Source: Desulfatiglandales bacterium (GTDB lineage Bacteria; Desulfobacterota; DSM-4660; Desulfatiglandales; Desulfatiglandaceae). Taken from it: a stretch of 64,000 bases of DNA. This document shows positions 57,662-64,000 of the stretch, one piece after another (within the stretch, counting starts at the first letter, position 1; every line of letters begins with the position of its first letter). The notes below the pieces were generated by a model. That model was given only the letters and a program-made list of their open reading frames with translations, had not been told where the DNA came from and did not search any database. The position numbers were made by a program, and so were the translations under genes. Where the stretch lies: contig OY759599.1 of the NCBI GenBank assembly GCA_963662465.1, positions 704,001 through 768,000 on the forward strand, written 5' to 3'.

Positions 57662-58381
57662 TCAGGTTTGAATTTCAATTCCCGTTTGGGCAAACTCCTT
57701 AATAATGCAATCTTCCCAGCCTTTATTGGCTTTGGGGTTGGCGGGGCTGGGATGGGTGATTCGGCTTACCGTTACATCAAGATCGCTTAATGCCGCTTTT
57801 GCCCGATCTGCGGCGAATGCGCCGATGCCCACGACATGGCGCGGCTGTAGATACAGGATCGTTTCCCGCAGGGCCTGATCGCATGGGGCCAGAAGGGGTT
57901 TTCGTTCGGATACGGGGATCTGGTTTGGCGTTCGGTTCCGACCGGTTTCTTCCAGAAACATGAGGGGACAGTAATTGGCCACAAAGAAACGGCTAAAAAA
58001 GCGTTCAGGCGTACCAAACATGTTTTTGGCCCACCCCCAAAGGCGTTTTCCACTGACTTCACTCCTTTTGCACTGAAATCCTTCCACAGGTCGTTTGGGG
58101 TGGATGTTGTCGGGTGTCCCCCGGTTTGGTTTTATTTTCAGCCAGTCGCGCACGGTAATGATTTCACCGAATGGGACACCGGTCTGGACCATTCCCCAGG
58201 GACCCGGGTTCATTCCCAACAGGAGAACTTCCTTCGGTTTGCCGCCGTAGGCCTCAAGGTAGGCGTCATAGGCGGATCGAGCATATTGCAGGGGGTTATA
58301 GATATGGGTCACCGGCCTGCTGAACTTCAGCGGTTCCAGTGCTTTTTGCAGGTCGTCCGTAATTTTAAACAGATTTTGCAT
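57662..58381 (-). CDS. SMUG1-type (family 3) uracil-DNA glycosylase
   Basis: YNPLQYA, GMNPGPWGMVQTGVPFG, SEVSG, NYCPL, HPSP. Confidence 0.92.
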   Translation of the reverse strand: MQNLFKITDDLQKALEPLKFSRPVTHIYNPLQYARSAYDAYLEAYGGKPKEVLLLGMNPGPWGMVQTGVPFGEIITVRDWLKIKPNRGTPDNIHPKRPVEGFQCKRSEVSGKRLWGWAKNMFGTPERFFSRFFVANYCPLMFLEETGRNRTPNQIPVSERKPLLAPCDQALRETILYLQPRHVVGIGAFAADRAKAALSDLDVTVSRITHPSPANPKANKGWEDCIIKEFAQTGIEIQT

Positions 58382-58545
58382 GTTCCCTCATTCAACTTCC
58401 GGGTGATTTGAATACTGTTTTTTTACCACAATCATTGACATCAACGGCGCAAACAGGTATTTGTTAAAACAAGTTTCAACGATAGTCAACCCACTTTGTT
58501 TTGCTGTCGTTTATTGTCGTTTCATTCAAAAAAAGGAGGAGAACC

Positions 58546-58737
58546 ATGAAAGCGATTATCTCTAAACAGTGCATGGGAGACCGAAATTGCAATGATCTTT
58601 GTCCGCAGGTGTTTGAATACGATGAGAATGAATTGAAATCAATTGTGAAATTTGAAGAAATTCCGGAACAGTATCAAGACGTTGTTCGACGGGCCGCCGA
58701 GGAATGCGGCGCTGACGCCATCGAGATCATTGAATAA
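58546..58737 (+). CDS. Monocluster ferredoxin
   Basis: CMGDRNCNDLCPQVF...ECGADAI; AGGAGG RBS. Confidence 0.88.
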   Translation: MKAIISKQCMGDRNCNDLCPQVFEYDENELKSIVKFEEIPEQYQDVVRRAAEECGADAIEIIE

Positions 58738-58872
58738 CCGCATCATCATTTTTTCGTAAGGCGATAAATGTTGCGATCGTTATGAAATAGGTTCCAAAAC
58801 CTTATTCCAAATGGTTCCGGCGTTTTTCGCCTTTTTTTAAACCGTTTTGTTCACATTCCCGAGGAGAAAATC

Positions 58873-59262
58873 ATGGCAGCCGATCGCGGAGGAGATTCGC
58901 GTTTTTTCAAGGGTTTTTTGTTTGGCGGCGTTATCGGTGCAGTGGCCGCGTTGCTTTTTGCGCCCAAATCCGGCAGGGAAATGCGCGAAGATCTTTGCAT
59001 CCGCTCCCTTGAACTGAAAGATGATGTGGAACAAAAACTTGAGCTTGCGGTAAAATCAGCAGAGGATATCCTCACTGAAAGCAGGCGAAAGCTGGAAACT
59101 TTCCGGAACGGGGCGAAATCCGGCTTAAAAAATCTGGAAACCGCGGCGACCGCCAAGTATATTGAGGGTAAAGATGCATTGAGAGATGAGAAAGGCCGTC
59201 TTAAGGAAGCCATCCATGCCGGCGTGGCCGCCTACAAGGATGAAAAAGAATCGAAAAGCTGA
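58873..59262 (+). CDS. YtxH-domain protein
   Basis: FLFGGVIGAVAALLFAPKSGREMR. Confidence 0.88.
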   Translation: MAADRGGDSRFFKGFLFGGVIGAVAALLFAPKSGREMREDLCIRSLELKDDVEQKLELAVKSAEDILTESRRKLETFRNGAKSGLKNLETAATAKYIEGKDALRDEKGRLKEAIHAGVAAYKDEKESKS

Positions 59263-59312
59263 ATGAAATTTTTACGGTTGTTCACCATTAAGTTATTACA
59301 GGTGCCGAAAAC

Positions 59313-59696
59313 ATGGATATTTCCATCAGCGTCGCATTGATTGCCGTGTTGCTTTTTCTGAACACCATTTTCCTGGTGGCTTTATTGATAAACGCTTTCA
59401 AGGCGTTTTCAGAAGCGCGGAAATTTTTTGAGATGGCCAAACTGCAACTGGCGCCCATCAGCCATGATGTTACCCAAATTACGACTGAAGTGAAGGGGAT
59501 ACTCGCCGTCGTTCAAAAAGATATGGATAAGGTTGGCGACAGTCTGGATCATGTGAGGGATACCACGCGAAATCTGAAGGAATTTGAGTTTATGGTCCAG
59601 GAACGCATCCAGGGGCCACTCCTGGAAATAACGACGCTCTTATCCGCTTTGGTGAAGGGGGGACGGGTTTTCTGGCATACCCTGGTTGGAAAATAG
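59313..59696 (+). CDS. DUF948/YtxG-like membrane coiled-coil protein
   Basis: N-terminal TM segment plus coiled coil; adjacent to ytxH-like gene. Confidence 0.65.
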   Translation: MDISISVALIAVLLFLNTIFLVALLINAFKAFSEARKFFEMAKLQLAPISHDVTQITTEVKGILAVVQKDMDKVGDSLDHVRDTTRNLKEFEFMVQERIQGPLLEITTLLSALVKGGRVFWHTLVGK

Positions 59697-59717
59697 GCAA
59701 CTGCTCCCTGTGAGTGG

Positions 59718-61523
59718 TTATTTGCCCTGCGCTTCCTCCGCATTCAAAAAGCAGATGCGCTCAAAGCCCAGGGCCGCCGCCACGAACCTTTTGAGCCGCA
59801 GGTCCCGGTACTTGTCTGCCAGCCGGTTTCCGTAGTCTAGGGCCTGTGCCCTGCCTTTCCCAAGCGCCCGCGCAACCTGGGGCAGCGCATACAGTTCGTT
59901 GGAAGACAGGCTTCGAATAGCCTCCCCGCTGAGACCCAGGTCTTTGAGACTCAGAAATTTGAACTCGATCAACACGTCAAAAATGCTCAGGTATCGCTTG
60001 TCCGGCCGGATGATCATGGTGAGGTCCGCGTAGCGGCGTTCCAGCTCCGGTTCCGAATCCATGATATAGAGAATGTCGTTATAGAGCAGCGCCAGAAAAG
60101 CGGTCTTGATGGTCAGCTCATTGGCCTGGGCATAATCCCGGTTTTTGAACACGGTAAAAAGATGGTCCTCCACAAAGGCGCATACCGGCTGGATGTCCCC
60201 TTCCTGATAGACCTTTTCAGCCGCCAGCCGACCCCTGTCCCGAATCACGGGGTCCGGCAGCATCATGCGTCGCACCCGTTCTACGTACAGGCTCTGCATT
60301 ACCAGGTTCGGGACCTTCAGGGCGAGTTCCCCCCGGGGCGTCTCGCCTACCAGGGTCAGCACGCCGAAATAGTAGAGAAACGAGGCGATGAAGGTCCTGT
60401 CCCTGGATTGATCGGAAAGCATCTCAGTGAGGCCGAAGCGTTTGCTGATCCTGGGAATGACCACGCTCGCATCCCTTTGGGTCAGTGTGAAGACCATCTC
60501 TCGACCTCCCGGAAGATCCGCCGTGTACATAAGCTTGGACTCGTCCACGGCCAGGTTGGCGTCCAGCATTTCAGTGGGGTAGGCACATCCGGATTGGAAT
60601 TCATCAAAGAAATAAAGGCACAGCGTGGGATTGTACACCGGAGTGGTCTGCTCGGGCGCAAACCGGTAGCCGTTATACCAGGTGCGCATCATCATAAGCG
60701 CTTCCCGGGCGTCTTCCTTTTCGAGTCCGCAATCCTCGGCAATGTCATATAGCGTCTTTTCCACCTCTTCTTCCCTGAACCCGCAAAGGTCGGCGAACCG
60801 GGGGGCAAAAAAAATATCCCTGGCGATGTTGTGTCCGCTGGTGATATCGCTCATGACCACCGGCGACACCCCGGTGATGAACACCCGGTCGAACCCGGTT
60901 CCGGAGGTGGAGGCCTTTACTACCTTGAACACGGTCTTCAGAAGCCCTTCATCATGGACCATCGCTTTATATCGGGTGCGGGAATCCAGGGTGGGCAACA
61001 TCATGATGGTGTTGGCGAAATTGTCGTATTCGTCGATGAGGAGAAATACCGGATGGCCGAATGTCTTCGTTGAAGAAATAAGGGATTGAATGGAAAACAG
61101 CGCATTTGCGCGGTCGATTTCCATATGCGGCAGATGAAACCCCTGCGCCCCATAAGTTTGTGCAAAATCCAAAATAGCGCCGTTGATGTGATCATACAAA
61201 GACCGCTTCACATCCTCGGGTGTGCCGGTAGGGTCCACGCAGGAAAAATCCAGGCGCAGAATGAAATAGCTGTTTCGCGGGGGGGTGGGGTTGCGGCCGA
61301 TGGCAAGATGCCCAAAGATCTCATTAAAAGCGTCTTTTCGGGCGATGTCGTAGTAGTTTTCCAGCATGGACAAGAGCAGACTCTTGCCGAACCGGCGGGG
61401 GCGGATAAAAAGCTGGCTCTTCCCCTGTTCCAGCAAAGGAATGGACCCGGTGCGATCACAATAAAAATATCCCTCGGTGATGATTTGTCTGAAATCCGCC
61501 ATTCCATAGGGGAATTTGATCAT
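59718..61523 (-). CDS. AAA-ATPase-like plus PD-(D/E)XK nuclease protein, copy A
   Basis: FPYGMADF, Walker A RPRRFGKS, Walker B LIDEYDN, FITGVSP, WYNGY, YNP; nuclease YADL...IEFK. Confidence 0.9.
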   Translation of the reverse strand: MIKFPYGMADFRQIITEGYFYCDRTGSIPLLEQGKSQLFIRPRRFGKSLLLSMLENYYDIARKDAFNEIFGHLAIGRNPTPPRNSYFILRLDFSCVDPTGTPEDVKRSLYDHINGAILDFAQTYGAQGFHLPHMEIDRANALFSIQSLISSTKTFGHPVFLLIDEYDNFANTIMMLPTLDSRTRYKAMVHDEGLLKTVFKVVKASTSGTGFDRVFITGVSPVVMSDITSGHNIARDIFFAPRFADLCGFREEEVEKTLYDIAEDCGLEKEDAREALMMMRTWYNGYRFAPEQTTPVYNPTLCLYFFDEFQSGCAYPTEMLDANLAVDESKLMYTADLPGGREMVFTLTQRDASVVIPRISKRFGLTEMLSDQSRDRTFIASFLYYFGVLTLVGETPRGELALKVPNLVMQSLYVERVRRMMLPDPVIRDRGRLAAEKVYQEGDIQPVCAFVEDHLFTVFKNRDYAQANELTIKTAFLALLYNDILYIMDSEPELERRYADLTMIIRPDKRYLSIFDVLIEFKFLSLKDLGLSGEAIRSLSSNELYALPQVARALGKGRAQALDYGNRLADKYRDLRLKRFVAAALGFERICFLNAEEAQGK

Positions 61524-61571
61524 TGCGTAAAACCCTCCGTGTTATTCGTGGTGAAAAGAAGGTTGCCGTGG

Positions 61572-63377
61572 TTATTCGCCCTGCGCTTGCTCCGCATTCA
61601 AAAAGCAGATGCGCTCAAAGCCCAGGGCCGCCGCCACGAACCTTTTGAGCCGCAGGTCCCGGTATTTGTCCGCCAGCCGGTTTCCGTAGTCCAGGGCCTG
61701 TGCCCTGCCTTTCTCAAGCGCCCGCGCAACCTGGGGCAGCGCATACAGTTCGTTGGAAGACAGGCTTCGAATAGCCTCCTCACTGAGACCCAGGTCCTTG
61801 AGACTCAGAAATTTGAATTCGATCAACACGTCAAAAATGCTCAGGTATCGCTTGTCCGGCCGGATGATCATGGTGAGGTCCGCGTAGCGGCGTTCCAGCT
61901 CCGGTTCCGAATCCATGATATAGAGGATGTCGTTATAGAGCAGCGCCAGAAAAGCGGTCTTGATGGTCAGCTCATTGGCCTGGGCATAATCCCGGTTTTT
62001 GAACACGGTGAAAAGATGGTCCTCCACAAAGGCGCATACCGGCTGGATGTCCCCTTCCTGATAGACCTTTTTAGCCGCCAGCCGACCCCTGTCCCGAATC
62101 ACGGGGTCCGGCAGCATCATGCGTCGCACCCGTTCTATGTACAGGCTTTGCATTACCAGGTTCGGGACCTTCAGGGCGAGTTCCCCCCGGGGCGTCTCGC
62201 CTACCAGGGTCAGCACGCCGAAATAGTAGAGAAACGAGGCGATGAAGGTCCTGTCCCTGGATTGATCGGAAAGCATCTCAGTGAGGCCGAAACGTTTGCT
62301 GATCCTGAGAATGACCACGCTCGCATCCCTTTGGGTCAGTGTGAAGACCATCTCTCGACCTCCCGGAAGATCCGCCGTGTACATAAGCTTGGACTCGTCC
62401 ACGGCCAGGTTGGCGTCCAGCATTTCAGTGGGGTAGGCACATCCGGATTGGAATTCATCAAAGAAATAAAGGCACAGCGTGGGATTGTACACCGGAGTGG
62501 TCTGCTCGGGCGCAAACCGGTAGCCGTTATACCAGGTGCGCATCATCATAAGCGCTTCCCGGGCGTCTTCCTTTTCGAGTCCGCAATCCTCGGCAATGTC
62601 ATATAGCGTCTTTTCCACCTCTTCTTCCCTGAACCCGCAAAGGTCGGCGAACCGGGGGGCAAAAAAAATATCCCTGGCGATGTTGTGTCCGCTGGTGATA
62701 TCGCTCATGACCACCGGCGACACCCCGGTGATGAACACCCGGTCGAACCCGGTTCCGGAGGTGGAGGCTTTTACTACCTTGAACACGGTCTTCAGAAGTC
62801 CTTCATCATGGACCATCGCTTTATATCGGGTGCGGGAATCCAGAGTGGGCAACATCATGATGGTGTTGGCGAAATTGTCGTATTCGTCGATGAGGAGAAA
62901 TACCGGATGGCCGGCACTCAGGGTCACGCCCAGTAAGGACTCGATTGTGGACAAGGCGTCCTCTGGATTGATCCTGGTTCCGGACAAATCAAAACCGTTG
63001 TCTCTGTAATAGCGAACAAAATTTTCGATATGGACGTTGATGTGGTTATATAAAGACCGCTTCACATCCTCGGGTGTGCCGGTGGGGTCCACGCAGGAAA
63101 AATCCAGGCGCAGAATGAAATAGCTGTTTCGCGGGGAAGTAGGGTTGCGGCCGATGGCAAGATGCCCAAAGATCTCATCAAAAGCATCTTTTCGAGCGAT
63201 GTCGTAGTAGTTTTCCAGCATGGACAAGAGCAGACTCTTGCCGAACCGGCGGGGGCGGATAAAGAGCTGGCTCTTTCCCCGTTCCAGCAAAGGAATGGAC
63301 CCGGTGCGATCACAGTAAAAATATCCCTCGGTGATGATTTGTCTGAAATCCGCCATTCCATAGGGAAATTTGATCAT
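61572..63377 (-). CDS. AAA-ATPase-like plus PD-(D/E)XK nuclease protein, copy B
   Basis: Same motifs and length (601 aa from the homologous ATG) as copy A. Confidence 0.9.
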   Translation of the reverse strand: MIKFPYGMADFRQIITEGYFYCDRTGSIPLLERGKSQLFIRPRRFGKSLLLSMLENYYDIARKDAFDEIFGHLAIGRNPTSPRNSYFILRLDFSCVDPTGTPEDVKRSLYNHINVHIENFVRYYRDNGFDLSGTRINPEDALSTIESLLGVTLSAGHPVFLLIDEYDNFANTIMMLPTLDSRTRYKAMVHDEGLLKTVFKVVKASTSGTGFDRVFITGVSPVVMSDITSGHNIARDIFFAPRFADLCGFREEEVEKTLYDIAEDCGLEKEDAREALMMMRTWYNGYRFAPEQTTPVYNPTLCLYFFDEFQSGCAYPTEMLDANLAVDESKLMYTADLPGGREMVFTLTQRDASVVILRISKRFGLTEMLSDQSRDRTFIASFLYYFGVLTLVGETPRGELALKVPNLVMQSLYIERVRRMMLPDPVIRDRGRLAAKKVYQEGDIQPVCAFVEDHLFTVFKNRDYAQANELTIKTAFLALLYNDILYIMDSEPELERRYADLTMIIRPDKRYLSIFDVLIEFKFLSLKDLGLSEEAIRSLSSNELYALPQVARALEKGRAQALDYGNRLADKYRDLRLKRFVAAALGFERICFLNAEQAQGE

Positions 63378-63417
63378 TGCGTAAAACCCTCCGTGTCCCA
63401 TGGTCCGCATTCTTTGC

Positions 63418-63486
63418 CATGAAAATGCAGCCGTTAGCTATTAGCTGTTAGCCGTTAGCTTAAAAGCGGTGGATGTTATTTTCATG
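63418..63486. repeat. Small element with CATGAAAAT/ATTTTCATG inverted ends enclosing four GCYRTTA heptamers
   Basis: Inverted ends at 63418-63426 and 63478-63486; gccgtta gctatta gctgtta gccgtta at 63430-63457. Confidence 0.7.
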
Positions 63487-63536
63487 CGCGGGGGCGGTAA
63501 AACCCCTTATCATAGCTGTTTACATTTACAAAGCTT

Positions 63537-64000
63537 TCAGCGTTTTCGCTCCTTAAAGATCAGCTCGGGTTTTTTTGCGAAAACCAGGGTGTCCGGGGGA
63601 ACCGACTCCGTGAGCCACACATTGCCGCCGATGACGGAACGGGCGCCGATGACCGTATCGCCGCCCAGAATGGTGGTCCCGGCATAGACGACCACATCGT
63701 TTTCAAGGGTAGGGTGCCGCTTTTTGTGCGTGAGCTGTTGCACTTCTTCTTTGGGGATGGACATGGCCCCCAGGGTGACGCCCTGGTAAAGGCGGACCCC
63801 GTCGCCGATCTCGGATGTCTCTCCCACCACCACGCCGGTGCCGTGATCGATGAAAAAACGCTCTCCGATATGGGCGCCGGGATGGATATCGATGCCTGTC
63901 CGGCTGTGGGAATATTCGGTCATGATGCGGGGGATCAGGGGAATGCCCATTTCAAAGAGCTGGTGGGCGATTCGGTAGACCGTAACGGCGTAAAGCCCCG
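63537..64000 (-). CDS. cysE: Serine O-acetyltransferase (5' end outside the window)
   Basis: [40 protein letters not shown]. Confidence 0.93.
   Translation of the reverse strand, partial: GLYAVTVYRIAHQLFEMGIPLIPRIMTEYSHSRTGIDIHPGAHIGERFFIDHGTGVVVGETSEIGDGVRLYQGVTLGAMSIPKEEVQQLTHKKRHPTLENDVVVYAGTTILGGDTVIGARSVIGGNVWLTESVPPDTLVFAKKPELIFKERKR

Larger units (their letters stand above)
59713..63396. repeat. Tandem direct duplication of about 1.83 kb (period 1854 bp)
   Basis: 59713-61542 versus 61567-63396, including the shared RBS region; near-identical except 61060-61180 versus 62914-63034. Confidence 0.93.

Noticed and set aside
61086..62606. Long antisense ORFs (also 33483-34748, 11573-12667, 21035-21967, 483-1382)
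   Set aside because: Shadow frames opposite well-supported genes in GC-rich DNA, with no recognisable motifs.
61060..63034. Diversity-generating retroelement TR/VR pair as the explanation for the variable block
   Set aside because: Differences involve all four bases rather than adenines only, both copies are full genes, and no reverse transcriptase is in the window.

Overview
A 64-kb bacterial chromosomal window. Gene content (many PAS hybrid histidine kinases, a sigma-54 activator, a CheB-CheR fusion, an Asp-ligated ferredoxin, Mla/Pqi and TolC) suggests an anaerobic Gram-negative organism, probably Desulfobacterota; this is an inference. The left two-thirds is rich in ion and osmotic homeostasis genes around a CdaA-YbbR diadenylate cyclase: two mgtE, a Na/Pi cotransporter, a K+ channel remnant, a CPA antiporter plus CBS protein, ktrB-ktrA, USPs, and a glucosylglycerate-synthase-like GT next to glgA. 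Interleaved are toxin-antitoxin pairs, a class II Fic gene behind a six-copy CGGACATA array, decayed IS91- and IS1182-like transposases, REP/RAYT relics and many deletion-fused gene fragments. The right end has housekeeping genes (mlaEFD-pqiC, MFS, acyl-CoA ligase, TolC, SMUG1-type UDG, ferredoxin, cysE). It also holds the most striking signal: a tandem duplication of an AAA-ATPase/PD-(D/E)XK nuclease gene whose copies are nearly identical except for one sharply bounded ~121-bp hypervariable block. No rRNA, tRNA or CRISPR array was seen. All family calls come from motif recognition by eye, without database searches, and some frameshifts could be assembly errors.
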